Below are positions 38,168 to 51,847 of a DNA stretch of 64,000 nucleotides, piece after piece. Each line of letters opens with the position of its first letter. Position 1 is the first letter of the stretch. Source of the stretch: Amphiscolops sp. MND2022 (Eukaryota); NCBI GenBank assembly GCA_964187785.1, contig OZ076416.1:56172001-56236000 (forward strand), read 5' to 3'. Position numbers and translations under genes: made by a program. Below the pieces are notes generated by a model that worked only from the letters and a program-made list of their open reading frames with translations, searched no databases and was not told the DNA's origin.

Positions 38168-39029
38168 AACGTTGTATAGTTTCCTATACTGCCTAGGGAG
38201 AATATATGACCAATACTTCCAAAATATAATACCAAATATAAAATAAATTGCGCGAACATAATGAAAATACTCAGAGAAAAAGTTCTTGCTTTGGAGCTAA
38301 TACATAATTCGTAAAATTATTTGTCATTTATCAATTAAAAAATAAATAAATTCGTAAATTGATCTACTCGTCGTTATCAAATTCTGTTTTCGTTTATAAA
38401 TAAAAATGAATCAGCAGTTTTGTTCCGTGTGTCTTTCTGAAAATAATTCTTAATCAGATCATCTAAAGTCAGTACTACATCTCGAGAAAATGAAATGATT
38501 TTTTTTGTATGAAATGTAATTCATATATGCCATTGTCAGATAAAACTAGCCATCTAAGTTCGGATGAACATACACATGCATCAGAAATCAATAAAGATTT
38601 AATTATGACAGCTCCAGTAATTAATACAACAACATGCGTCAAGTACATATTCACACCAAATCAAGATATAGCTAGTGAAGTAAATCAGATTTTTTACCAA
38701 AAAGTTTTCCCTTCATTTAAATTTCAAGTGACTTTTTTTAGCTAAATTTGGTAAAAACGGAAAAGAAGTTTTCAATCGATGGAGAAAATCAAAGATGATG
38801 TGTAACTATGGTTTTCATGATATTCACACGCAGATGTTACAATGCATAGATGATGAACAACTAGAAGGAGCTGGTTTTGTGCTAGAATATATTACGGAAG
38901 TCATAATTGAATTCTATAGAACACGAGACATCTCGACAAGTAGTTTATTTGAAATGCAAAGAAATACAAAAACTCTAAATCAATTCCTAATAAACAAAAT
39001 GATGATGTCTTTTGTTTCTTATGGTGCAT

Positions 39030-41940
39030 CCTAGCTCCCAAGTATACAGTAACACAATACAAAACCAGTCCAACAAGGTATTCTAAGTTTCTACCTGCGT
39101 TGAAAATACAAAACTTAGAATTTCCTATGCGCATGAAGGATATTCCTGAATTCGAACGATTAAACAATTCGAATACAGATGTCTTTGAATTCACTGGATT
39201 GGTTTTGCCACCTGTCCATATTAATACAAACTATACTGAACCACAAATTGATATACTGTTATACGAAAATCATTAATGTCTAATAACGAAACTGAACACG
39301 ATAAATAATACTGTCCTCTACATGAAGCATATGAGTTGTAGACGTATTACTGCCCCCAATTCAGAACAACTTTTTTTGATCATCTAAAAAGATGTATAAA
39401 ACAAAAACCAGCTAATATTGGTTTTAGTTGGAAAGACAAGATTGTTTTTGAAGACCACTACAAGAAATTATAATAACCGTTCAGAGTATACATGGATTTC
39501 CAAAGTTTTATCCAACCTACTGATAGTGATATAATGAACAAACACATTCCGATTGCAGCAGGTTATTTACTAAAATCGCCATTTGGAGACCAATACTTAG
39601 ATAAGTTTGAAACAAATCGTGTAAACTGGTTTGTTGATCAAGTGTCAGAACTACAAATCGCTTGAACTGAGTAATTTTTAACTAAGTTTAGAAATACAAA
39701 GTACCCCTGATAAAGAAGAACAATTTCAACGAACTAGTGTGTACTGGCTGTGTGAAAAACCTTTACATGACAAAGTAAGAGATCATGATCATCTCACTGA
39801 CAAGTACCGAGGAGCAGCTTGTAACAAATGCAATTTGAATAGTTCCCAAGACAGGTCAAAATTCGTTCCAGTGTTGTCCCACAAGTTTAGTGAATATGAC
39901 TGTCATTTGATCTTTGAAGAGCTTTTAACAAGAGAACATGCATTGAAATTAAAAATTCAAATGTTTTCAAAATGTATGGGAAAATATTTTCAGTACAAGT
40001 GGGTTGTTTACGGTTTTTAGATTCGTACAGATTCCTTAGTTCAAGTCTAGATGAACTAGTCAAGAAAAAAATTCCAATACTGGATTCGTTTGGATTCAGT
40101 GATGAATTGCTGAAACGAAAACTACCCTATCCATACGAATACTATAATATACAAAACAGGCACCAGGAATTACACCTAACCAAAGAAGATTACTGGTCAA
40201 CAGTAATTCAGTCATTTGCTAGTGACAAAAATATAGAACGTACTAACTCAATAATTAGGAAGTAAAAACTGACAAATGGGCAACAGCTAACTATGTTTTA
40301 CTTGAAACTTGACATATAGGTGTTAGCAGATATGTTTGAAAATTTGTAAAAACGTGTACCGAAAAAGTCACAAAGAGTCCTTTATACAGCTATTCGCTGC
40401 AAGGCTTTCCCTGGAAAGTAGGATTAAGATTAACTAAAATTGGTTCAGATTATAACAAAGATAAACACTTATTGATATTATACTAAAGAACAACAAACGT
40501 TGCGGAATTAGTACTGTTTTAGGCGACAGGTACATAAAATCGTGTGTTGGAAGACAACTCTTTTACATAGACGCCAACAATTCGTGAGAATGGGCCATGA
40601 GCCAGTTTTTACCAACAGGACAATTTGAAAGATTATCTTTCTCGGATGATAACACACGACAACAAATACAAAGCAAAATGCAAACTCCCGACAATAGTGA
40701 TATGCGGTTATTTCATCGAGTGTAATTCGATATACCCAGCCGAAATCTTTCAAGTTTCGGAAGATTTACCTTTTTGTCCCTACCAAACACAAACCTGCTA
40801 GGATTTGTTTTCGGAGTGTAGGAATTCTGTAGTTACAAATTACAAGTCAACCACCAAACTAACTTGTGACCTAGCAAACAAAACCAAGTATGTGGCAAAT
40901 TAGATGATTTTAATGTTTTATCTTATAATTTTCAAGGAATGAAAATACCTAGAAGTACATTCCATTTATAAGTTCAAACAATCACCATGGTTGACAAAAT
41001 ATATCAAACATAATACCCAATTTAGAAGTAAAGCAAAAACAATCATTGAAGAAACTTTTTTGAATTTACGAACAATGCTTTCTTTGGCAAGGCTATGGAA
41101 AATATACGAGACCGTGTAAACTTCCACTTCATTAGTCATGATCAAATACAAAAAAGAACTTACAGACTACCTAAGTTAAGCTTTAAATGCATTGTCGACT
41201 TGAATGAAAGTTTTAGTGTGTTTAAATACGACAAAGAACGAATATTATTCGACAAGCCGATATTATTGGGCTTCTGTATATTGGAATTAAGCAAGTTATC
41301 AATGTATGAGTTTTAATACTTTTGTTTAAAACTATCTTGGCAAGATAAAATAAAATTGCACTACATGGATACTGATTCTTTCGTGCTAAGTTTTGATACA
41401 GACAATGAAAAGTTAGTAGATTTCCTGAAACAAAATAAAGATGAAATTGATTTTTGTGAATTAGATCCAAAACACGTATTATACGATCCTAGTTTTTAAA
41501 AAGGCTTTGGCAAAGTGAAAATAGATGTTAGTCCAGTTTTGATGTTAGATAGTTTTATAACCTTACGATCAAAGGCATATTCGTATTCCTATGCTAACCC
41601 GAATGGTTTCCGAAAAACATACAAAAAGCAGAAGAAAAGGAGTACAGAATGCGCCACACTACGAAGACTATAAACAGTGTTTATTTTCTTCTTAAACAAC
41701 AAATTCCACAAACTATTCAATACGGTCAAAGTTACACAAACTTAGGGTGGAGAAACAAAACGAGCTGGCTTGGAAAACGTTTGACGACAAACGTATGTAC
41801 CTAAATAGTATCAAAAGTCTTCCATGGGATAAACACACACAACAAGGTACTTGTGGATGTCTATATTGTTTAAAATTTGTGATCAATTTGTGATGGAAAA
41901 ACAGATGAAGAAATTAATCTGTTTGTGTGGAGTTTAAAAC
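39030..41940 (+). pseudogene. Protein-primed family B DNA polymerase with endonuclease-VII-like zinc region, heavily disrupted
   Basis: FPMRMKDIPEFERLN, RDHDHLTDKYRGAACNKCNL, RFLDSYRFLSSSLDEL, KLPYPYEY, YIDANN..WAMSQ (about 40565), NNA.FGK.MEN, YMDTDS (41362-41379), FDDKR. Confidence 0.9.
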
Positions 41941-41945
41941 AAACC

Positions 41946-43010
41946 TTAATCCACCAACAAATTTAAGGTTGAGAAGTGATCAGTCAGAGTTTTTAAAATA
42001 AAAAGTGAACAGCGGCTTAAATTTATAATCTTTAAAAGATCAAAATGTCTTTGCCCATCACTACCATTACTTTTTATTTTGGGTGTTAGTACAAGGGCAT
42101 AAGCTACGTATTGTGCTACATTTAACATACCAGAGAAAATAAATTCTAATCTAATAGGTTGAGATGCTATGGCTGGTTTTTGTTTGGATAAATCGAACAT
42201 GTACAAGGTATAATCGGTTCCGGAATTTTGCGAAGTTATAAACGGATTAAGTAGGTTATTTTGAGAATGGAGTTTAAAAAAGTTCCCGATTTAATTGGTA
42301 TACTTGGTGGTAGTTGTCTCGGTCGTGTTCACATTCTTTTCCATCATCGGAAATTTTTGCGATCCTATTTTACAAACAGCGTTATTAACTTGAAGTTGAT
42401 CAATTGTGGAGTTGTTAGGTAATTGTCAATCAATTTTTTCCTAGCTTGAAATCCAACTATCACGTATACTGGTGTCGATTCTCCGGTGTGGCCAAATTCA
42501 AATGTCCAATTATTAATAGTATTAACATCTTTTCTAAAGACACTTCGCTCGTTGTAATACAACTCTGTTGGTGATGTCTATTAATAATTCCATGACGAGG
42601 TGCTGGTTTTCCATTCAAGGAATTTTCTAATCAATAACTTTCATATCTATTTTTGAAACAGCATTCGCATTATCACTAATGATGGGGTCGTTTTATTATT
42701 ACGTTTTAGTGCTAAGGTGACGCCCAATCCATAAGTATTTTTTTCTTGATCAGCATATCCAATTACATCAATTAGTTTAATTCTCACCGAAAATGTTCCT
42801 CTAGTTGTTTTATGGTTTGTTAATTCTAATCGTTTGGTGGCTTCTGATTCTTCAAATCAGGTGTGAAAGTGATGAAAACATTGGAGATGGTGTTGTTATC
42901 TGCAGCTGAACTACTGGAGAAGCATTTCATAAAAACTTTCTATGAATAGGATTATCAAATGCATATTTTATTTCGAAGAAAATAATTCCACTTATTTTTG
43001 AAAAATGTAC
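41946..43010 (-). pseudogene. Polinton major capsid protein remnant, copy A
   Basis: PVYVIVGFQAR, and YMFDLSKQ..IASQPIRLEF.F..YVAYALVLT....SDGQRHFD at the C-terminus. Convergent with PolB. Confidence 0.65.
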
Positions 43011-43399
43011 ATGATACACTATTCATTTAAAATCTACACTTTAATTGTATTTACTAGACAAATTTATCCTCACAAAGTCAACTCAAAATTTAGTTTAGTT
43101 TCATTCGTTTTGTAACACTTAGTGTGATGCAGCTCGCGAAAATAGCTAGTACTAGACCAACATCATCAGATTGTTCTTGTATTGAAATTTTTCTGAGTTT
43201 ATATAACTTTACATAATTTAGTTTTTTGAATAAACTTTTCAGTTTCATGATTATAAAAATTTTTTATATTTTTTATATTTTGAAATGAATTGTTGAAACT
43301 ATTTATTTCCTTTATTCGTAGGTTTACGTGTTGCTAAAGTTGTCTGTTTGCAAACTAGAATCTATTTTTTGACTCATTCATGTCTAAAGTAGTCAAAAA

Positions 43400-43990
43400 A
43401 CATGAAATTGATTTCTGTGTCAGTTAGTTTTAATATTTGTTTGAGGTCAACGTTGCCGGTATACTGGTCTTTTTTCAAAGACTTTATCTTGCTTTTTTCG
43501 TTGTGTAGTCTACGTCTGATACGTAGTATATGCCATCTGATGTTTCTATATCTGTTCCGTCTTTTTCAAGCGGGTATTGTTCTGTAAAGGTCAAATATGA
43601 TGCGAAGGCTTGATTTTTATTTTTAAATGAATCAAACAATCCTCAGTTGTACAATGGTTGTATAACATCTTTGACCGTTCTATCTCGCATTGTTTTCAAT
43701 TCTAATATAAAGTTTCGTTCGAACTCAGTACGTAAAATAGTTTGTTGTTCTTTATCTAGGTTAGCAGCATCCAAAAGAATTTCTTTTTTTTCTAACATTT
43801 TATTTTCAATATCTTGTTCTAAAAGATTCAATTTTATTTTTATACCTTCTATGGTTTTTGTTTATGTCTAAGAACAACTTTGGATTGACTACTACTTTAG
43901 TTTCACCTTTGTTAAAATGAATTCCTTCAACATCAGTGTTATTTTCACTTTTATGTTTTTCTAAATTATCATTGAGATTCTTGACACTTA
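43400..43990 (-). pseudogene. Unknown coiled-coil Polinton ORF remnant, copy A
   Basis: LEQDIENKMLEKKEILLDAANLDKEQQTILRTEFERN. Homologous to 48790-49203. Confidence 0.5.
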
Positions 43991-44106
43991 TGTTGATTAG
44001 TTTGGTTTGTGGAGTTTTTTTCTAAAATCTCAATATTATTTTTCTGCAGACTCTCGGCACTTAAACCAAGTTTTTGTATTGACATGATTTATGATTAAAA
44101 AATTAT

Positions 44107-44990
44107 TCATTTTGATGGAAAAAATTCATACTTTCTAACACCTTCCGAGTCAAAGTTGAATACACTCCTTAAAAGTTCTTGTTCATAGTATTTTCCTCCT
44201 ATTTGTTCCCCATCTTGGTCTTTCAAACCATACGTAACGGGATTCGTATTGTTAATTCTACATATTTTAAACAGTTCTCTGTTCCAATTTGTTATATAAC
44301 TTTTTGTATAAATGTTCTTTTTATCGGGAACTCCTACAAAATCGCCCACTTGAAATTTGGGCAATTTAGTATTTCTAGGTATTACATTCGGTAATGGTTC
44401 GTCATTACTAGTATCAGCAGGTGTCATACGCGTTGTGGTATGCACACGATTGTTATACTTTTCCAAAGCAGCATCAATATGATTCAACTAACAAGCTTTT
44501 GCTTCAAAATACATTGTTTTTTTTAGAAGATCTAAGATGGTTCTATTGAAACGTTCAACAAATACAGCTTTCAAATCTGAGTGAGTTGAATAATTTTGAA
44601 TTTCATTTTATTTAGAGAAAATCCAAAAATGTACTAATAAATATCTTTTTACCTCTATCCGTCTACATATTTTTGGTTTTCTTTCACTTACCAGTTTCTT
44701 GAATGCTTGTATTGTACTTTTTCCTTATTAATCTTCAAGAGGAATTTCCCTTGCATATTTTGTATAGTTATCAAAACTGGTGAAAATACACTTGCAGTTG
44801 TTATTGTACTTGCTCAAATATAAAACGATAGACCAACCTTCATCCTTATAATGGGGAACTGATTTCAATTTAATTTTGATTTTGGTTAATTTTAATGCGA
44901 TCAAACTTTTAATTACTGGGGCTAATAAATTTCAAGATTTTTTAGTTATTATTTGTTTAGGCTCAGACATATTTGCCTCAGACATATTCT
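44107..44990 (-). pseudogene. Retroviral-type (rve) integrase remnant, copy A
   Basis: AVFVERFNRT, YNNRVHTT, KFQVGDFV, NWNRELFKI..TNPVTYGLKD.DGE.I.GKYYEQELL. Confidence 0.85.
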
Positions 44991-45559
44991 CGACTTATTT
45001 GGAATTTTTTTCTTTTTCCTTCTGAAAAATTCCTGGCAAGGCTGTGCTTCAGGAGTTTGATGGTGCTTCACGGGGTATTTTTATATACCATACGGAAGCT
45101 CGTTTCAACACCTTTCAAATGGTAAATAATACTTCAGTTTTTTTATCCATTCATCTTGATTTTAGGTTTCAGCGTGTTATTTTTCGGGGTTTTGGGTTCT
45201 ATATCTTTTCAGTTACAAATTCTTCAGTTAAATTAAAATACTTCAGTTTTTTCATTCATTTATCTTAATTTTAGTTTATAGTTGGTTATTTTTAGGGGTT
45301 TAGGGTTTTATATCTTTTCGGTTTGGGCGGACGGTCTTGGAATAAATTTATTTGAATTCTCTATTTCAAGACCTTTCAAATGGTATATAGTATGATACTA
45401 TTGTCAAAAAATTTATAATCTCTACATGTTCAAGGGTTTGGGTAGGTTTATACGACCTGTAGTTCCATTAACAAACGATATGTGGCAGACATAGGTTGCA
45501 TTTTGAAAAAATTCCAAGGTAAAAAAGAAATGAGTCTTTTTACTAAGATAAAAAAAAGA

Positions 45560-45700
45560 GTTTTTTCTGAGATAGAAAGTTGAAATGTTTCTAAGATAGA
45601 AAGTTGAAATTTTTCTAAGATAGAAAAGTCCAAAAAGTTTCTAAGATAAAAAAGTGGAAAGTTGAGAAAGTTTCTAAGAATGAAAAGTTGAAAATAGTAA
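45560..45700. repeat. Minisatellite, about 24-bp unit (TTTCTAAGATAGAAAGTTGAAATG-like), about 5 copies
   Basis: Direct tandem repeats visible in the sequence. Confidence 0.8.
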
Positions 45701-46599
45701 TGATGAGATAGATTAAGAGACTTAGTGTGGCTTTTACGTGAACAGATGAATGTTTGAGTTACGAATGATTTGAAAAAGTGAAATTTATTGTTTACAAAAA
45801 ACCTGTTGAAATAAATGTTCAATGAGTGTCTAGCAAATACATATTTACAATTACCAGTAACAACCTGTACAATAGTACAAAAAATGGCTAAGAATTGAAA
45901 CAGGTATTGTACATAACTATATTTTTCTGTCATATGTACATTAAATGACAGGGCTTAAAAGGGAAAACAGTTCACTGACAGTGATCTGCGTAGTAAGAAT
46001 ACTGTTTATACTGTTGATAAATAATGATCAAAATCTGACATAAAAAGGTCATGATTCTTAAAAGCACATAGTGTGTTGATAAATAATGTTCAAAAATTTT
46101 GACATAAAGATGTCCTTGATTTATAAAAAGCATCAAAGTACTAGTAAAAAAGTACAATCCAAATGGTCAGTGTTATACATAATGAGCAAAACTGGTACAT
46201 AGTGAGCAATAAAATTTATAATATTTGTACACACCAGTTGCTCCTTTGACCGAGATGATACCTTGGTTCTGACTGCAAAAGCCATGACTGACGTGCCTTT
46301 TACCATGTTAGTTGAGATGAGTCAGGCAGGTACGCATCAAAATGGTGTGGATGTGACAATGTGTTTGTGTGGTGGCGGTCTACCTGAAACAACATATGAA
46401 CTTAAGTATGTAACAAAAAAATCATTTTTTGTGTTAGATATCAATTTTGACAGAGACGTAAATAGTAGAGTCTCTAATAGTATTTTCAGACGATTATCGT
46501 AGATGAAGACAAATTTTTTTTTTCATTATGAAAAAAGTAACGTGATGTCTTGTAGTAGTTGTTGTAGTAGTAGTCACGTGACTATACCGATTGACGATT

Positions 46600-49500
46600 A
46601 TTAACATAGGGGCTGCGAAAGTGGAGAAACAAAACAAACTTGCTTTGAATCCGTCTGACGACAAACGTATGTTCCTAAATGGTACCAAAAGTCTTCCATG
46701 GGATAAACACACACAACAAGGTACGTGTGGATGTCTATATTGTTTGAAATTTGTGATCAATTTGAGATAGAAAAAGCAACTGAAAAAAATTTATCCGTTG
46801 TGTGGATATTAAAACAAACCTCAATCCATTGAAAAACTTTTAAGGTTGATCAGTGATGGGGCAGAGTTTTAAAATGAAAATTGAACAGCCGCTTATATTT
46901 ATAATATAAAAAAGTTCAAAATGTCTTCACTACTATACTTATCAACTTGGGTGTTAGCATAAGGTGCATAAGCTACATAGTGTGCTACAATAATTTTACC
47001 AGAGAATATAAATTCTAATCTGAAAGGTTGAGATGCTATGGCTGGTTTTTGTTTGGATAAATCGAACAAGTAGAAGGTATAATCGGTTCGGAAATTTTGC
47101 AAACTTATAAAGGGATTAAGTAGGTTAGTTTGAGAATGGAGTTTAAAAAAGTTTTCGATTTAATTGGATACTTGGTGGTAGTTGTCACGATTGTGTTCAC
47201 ATTCTATTCCATCATCGGAATATTTTCCGATCCTATTTTACAAACAGCATTACTAACTTGAAGTTGATCAAATGTGGAGTTGTTAGGTAATTGTGAATCA
47301 ATTTTTCCCTAGCTTGAAATCCAACTATCACGTATACTGGTGTCGATTCTCCGCTGTGGCCTAATTCAAATGTCCAATTATTATTGGTATGAACACCTTT
47401 TTTATAGACACTTCTCTCGAGGTAATACATCTCGGTTGGTGATATGTCTAATGTTTGTTCCATGACGAGGTGCTAGTTTTCCTTTTATGGAATTTAGTGT
47501 GAAATATACTAACCAATATCTTTTATCTCTAATTTTGCAACAGCAATCGCATTATCACTAATGATGGGGTCGTTAATATTATTACGTTTTAGTGTTAAGG
47601 TGTACCCCAATCCGTATGTTTTTTTTTCGCGATCAGCATATCCAAATACATCAGCTAGTTCAAGTCTCACAAAAAATATTCCTTAGATGTTTTGTTGTTT
47701 GTTAATTCTAATCGCTTAGTGACTTCTGATCCTTCAAATTCTTACATCAACTGGCTTGTTTGTTGGGTGCTAGTTAACAATTAATAAACTAAACATACCG
47801 GATGCAGGTTGTAAACTTTTTCTAGATGTTTCCCTGAACTTGTAACCAGTTTTGCTTCTCTAAATAAAGCCATAGGTCCAAAGTTGAACAAGTTTATTTG
47901 GTCGTTGTCTACGTAGCGAGTATTGTCTTGTTTAAGACCTTCGAAATCGATTCAGAGGTAGGAATACTTCGAACGATTGTTAGCATCTTTTTTTGGAAAA
48001 ATTGGATGGAACTATTGGAGTTGGTGTTGTTAACTGTAGCTAAACTACTGGGGGAGCATTTGATAAAGTCAATCTATGAATAGGATATTCAAATGCATAT
48101 GTGTTTTTCAAAGATACAAGGATTCATTTAAAATTTTTCCTTAAATTGTTTTTACTAAACAAATTTCTCCTAAAAAGTAGAGAAAGAATTTAGATTAGTT
48201 CTATCCGTTTTGTACGCATGGTAAGTTTGTTTTAGTTTGTTGTATTCATTCAGTTCGATTTTATTGTTTTCTAAACATTTTGATTGTAATTAACAATACT
48301 CGAGTAAAGTTGTGCCAGCAAGTGTATCTTTCTGAAGATTGTGTTGCTTTTTTCTTTCCAGGTACTCAGCAATAAGTTAACTTAATATACATAATCCTGC
48401 ACCATTACCACTAGCAACAGGGGCATCAACAGTGTAACTTCTGTAACACTTAGTAAGATATAATCGCGGAAATAGCTAGTACTAAAACACCATCAACAGA
48501 TTGTACTAAACAATTTGAGCTTATATATTTTAGTTTTGTGTTTTTTCAGCTTCATGTTTATAAAAATTTTTAATATCTTTTATTTTTTTAAATTGAAATA
48601 TTGAAACTATTTTTTCTTTTAATCGTAGGTTTGGGTGTTGCTCGAAGTTAGTTATAATCTATGTTTAAGATCAACAATGTCGGTATACTGGTCTATTTTC
48701 AAAGACTGTATTACGCCTTCTCTCGGTGAGTAGACTAATTCTGATACGTAGGTTATGCCATCTGATGATTTTATTTCAGTTCCGTACTTTCAAAGCAGGT
48801 ATTGTTCTATAAAGGTCGGATACGACACAAGGTCTTGATCTTTAATTTTAAATGAATCAAACAATACTTCGTTGTACAAGAGTTGTATAACATCTTTGAC
48901 CGCTCCATCTCGCGTTGTTCTCAATTCTATTATTAGGTTTCGTTCCAACTCGGTACGTAAAATGATTTGTTGTTCTTTATCTAAGTTAGCAGCATCCAAA
49001 AGAAATTCTTTTTCATTTTTTAACAACCTTTTCTCAATATCTTGTTCTAGAATTTTCAAATTACCTTTTATATCTTCTATGTTTTTGTTGATGTCTGAGA
49101 ATAACTTTGTATTGACTACTACCTTAGTTTCACCATTGCTAAATTGAATTTCTTCCACATCAGTAATATTTTCATTATTATGTTTTTCTAAATTATCATT
49201 CAATTGCTTAACTCTTATATTGATTAGTTTGGTTTATGATTTCAAGTCTTTTTCTAAATTGTCAATCTTCCTTTTCGGCAGACTCTCGGCAATATACCCA
49301 ATTTATGTAATGGAATGAATTATAATTCAATTATTATTACTTTTGATGGAAAAGTTTCATCATTACTAACACCTTCTGGTTAGAATCAAAGTTGAATACA
49401 CTTCATAAAAGTTCTTGTTCAGAGTATTTTCCTTCTATTTGTTCTCCATCTTGGTCTTCTAAACCATACGTAACGGGATTCGTATCTTTAATTCTACATA

Positions 49501-50540
49501 TTCTAAACAGTTCTCTGTTCCAATTTGCTGTAAAACCTATTGAATAAATGTTCTTTTTATCGGGAACTCTTAAAAAATCGCCCACTTGAAATTTGGGCAA
49601 TTTAGTTTTTCTAGGTATTACATTAGTTATTGGTTTGTCATTACCAGATTCAATAGGTGTCATACAAGTTGTGGTAGGCACACAATTATTATACTTTTTC
49701 AAAGCAGCATCAAGATGATTCAACCAACAAGCTTTTCCTCCGATATAAAATGGTTCTTTTATAAGATGTAATATGGTTGTATCGAAACGTTCAACAAAAA
49801 CAGCTTTCAAATCTGAATCAGTTGAAACAATTTGAACTTCATTTTGTTTTAAAAAAACCAAAAATGTACTATTTTAAAACTCTTTACCTCCATCCGACCA
49901 CACTTTTTCTTGTTTTCTTTTCCCAAATAGTTTCCTGAATGCTTGTGTTGTACTTTTTCCTGATTTATCTTCAAAAGGAATTGCTCATGCATATTTTCTA
50001 TAGTTATTAATAATGGTAAAAATATACATGAACTTGTTATTGTACTTGCTCAATTTTGAGCGATCATTTAAATCGATAGACCAACATTCATCTTTATTTT
50101 GGGGATTTATTTTGATACGATCAAACTTTTCTGTTACTGGGGCGAAGATTTCTTCAGCTATTATTTTTTCAGGGTCAGACATATTCGTTTTTAGACATTT
50201 TCAAGATTTATTTGGAGTTTTTTCTTTACCTTTTTGAAAAAGTACGGGCAAGGGGTGTCCTTCAGGACTGTGATAGTGATAGTTTCACGGGATAATTTCA
50301 TACACCATTCGAAAACCCTTTTCAAGACCTTTCAAATGGTTTAAAATACTTCAGTTTTTTCATTCATTTTTCTTGCTTTTGGGTTTCAGCGTGTTTTTGT
50401 TCGGGGTTTTTAGGTTCTATATCTTTCCAGTTCGGGCGGACAGTCTTTAAATAATTTGTTTGAATTCTTCTTTTCAAGATCTTTCAAATGGTGTAGAATG
50501 AGATACTTTTATCAAAAGTTTTTTAATCTCTACATGTTTA
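46600..50540. mobile_element. Second, diverged tandem Polinton block: PolB C-terminus, major capsid, coiled-coil ORF, integrase, repeat-rich ORF
   Basis: Collinear with about 41750-45400. For example GACGACAAACGTATG...GGGATAAACACACACAACAAGG occurs at about 41783 and about 46658. MCP 46880-48110, integrase 49380-50190. Confidence 0.85.
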
Positions 50541-50879
50541 AGAGTTCCAGGTTTCAGGTGGTATTGTTTCGGCTGAAACGGCCCGATCACGAAAATACCT
50601 AGAATCTGCGATCGGAAAAAGTTTCCACTCGAGTGCTTTTCAAGTTGTTTTTGACCCTTTATTCTTTTTCAAAATCACTTTTCTCGAAAACTATAATAGG
50701 TAGAAACTTGAGAATTGGCAGTTAGGCTAATTAGGGTATAACCTAATGAATGGAACCGAGGCCACCAACCTCCGATTATTACCATGGTGAGATGGTAAGT
50801 GGAATTGTTAAACATGTGAAGATAGGTTATGGTGAAAATTTTAAACTAATTGTCTCAAATTCAAAAATACAACTATTCC

Positions 50880-51570
50880 ATGCTAAGTCGTTCGGCGCAT
50901 CTTGTTGAAAGGGTTGTTTTCTTCTTAATTTCCTCCTTGAATCTGGGAAAAAGGTTGCCCTCCCACTGAAGTTTGCTGATGGATTTAATATCCGTGGGTG
51001 TGACTCACTGAGGCGGAAGAAGTTTATATATTTGAATATAGTTCTATGGGATCAACCCAATGTTTGAACTCTCTCTTTCCAATTGCCTTGGACCTTGAAG
51101 TCGTGTGCTGATTGTTCCTGATCCCAAATATATCCTCGGTCGCGTGCAAGAAGTAGATCAGCTCGGTATATATTTCTTTGAAAGTTGTCAATTTCAGCTG
51201 AATACGCTTCGCGCAGTTGAATATCGAAGTCTCTAAACATATTGTGTCGAAACTAGAGATAGTTGCAAATTCCAACTTCAGACTTGTTCAAGTCCTGGCG
51301 AAGTTCGTATTTTGCAAGATCTTTCAAGAATTGATCCAAGAATAAATTGAACACTTCTTCTTTGGTTCGTTTGGGTGCTGGTGTTGTTGTATCTCCTGGT
51401 TCATTATCCTGATTATCTTTGCACATATTGTAGAGGTGATCTTTACCAGCATTAGCTGCTTTCAATTCTCCGTAGTCCATTGTACTGGTTGCGATTGCTG
51501 GAACAATTGTTGATTCATCAAAGTGTTTGAAAGATCTAAGTATTTTGGCTAGTTTTTTAATTTAGCCATG
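50880..51570 (-). pseudogene. Unassigned about 230-codon frameshifted ORF
   Basis: ORFs 51253-51480 and 51052-51240 join across one frameshift. ATG at about 51569 lies ten nt after a pyrimidine tract plus AG. No family recognised. Confidence 0.4.
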
Positions 51571-51682
51571 CCGTTCACTCTGAATGTTGAGAGAAAAATG
51601 AAAAAATATGGTGCAGTCGTATGCACCTCAAGGTCGGACAACCATCAGATGTTATTTGTGTTTTCCACTTGAATGAACATTC

Positions 51683-51768
51683 AAGTTTGGCGTCCGTTTG
51701 ATCTGACGCGGTTTTTATATTGGAGTAGTGGGAGAATTGCCGCTTCAGATCAAACAGACGTCAAACTT
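51683..51768. repeat. 29-bp imperfect inverted repeat with 28-nt spacer
   Basis: AAGTTTGGCGTCCGTTTGATCTGACGCGG (51683-51711) versus CCGCTTCAGATCAAACAGACGTCAAACTT (51740-51768); three mismatches. Confidence 0.85.
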
Positions 51769-51847
51769 TTGATGCATTTACTTTGATATATGTTCGTTTT
51801 GATGACTACAGTGTAGTAAGAGAATTCAATCCTTGGAATAGATGAAA

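Larger units (their letters stand above)
32894..45400. mobile_element. Degraded Polinton/Maverick (adintovirus-like) element, main block
   Basis: Remnants of all six core gene types: cysteine protease, minor capsid, A32 ATPase (two), protein-primed PolB, major capsid and retroviral-like integrase. Boundaries approximate; no TSD found. Confidence 0.85.
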
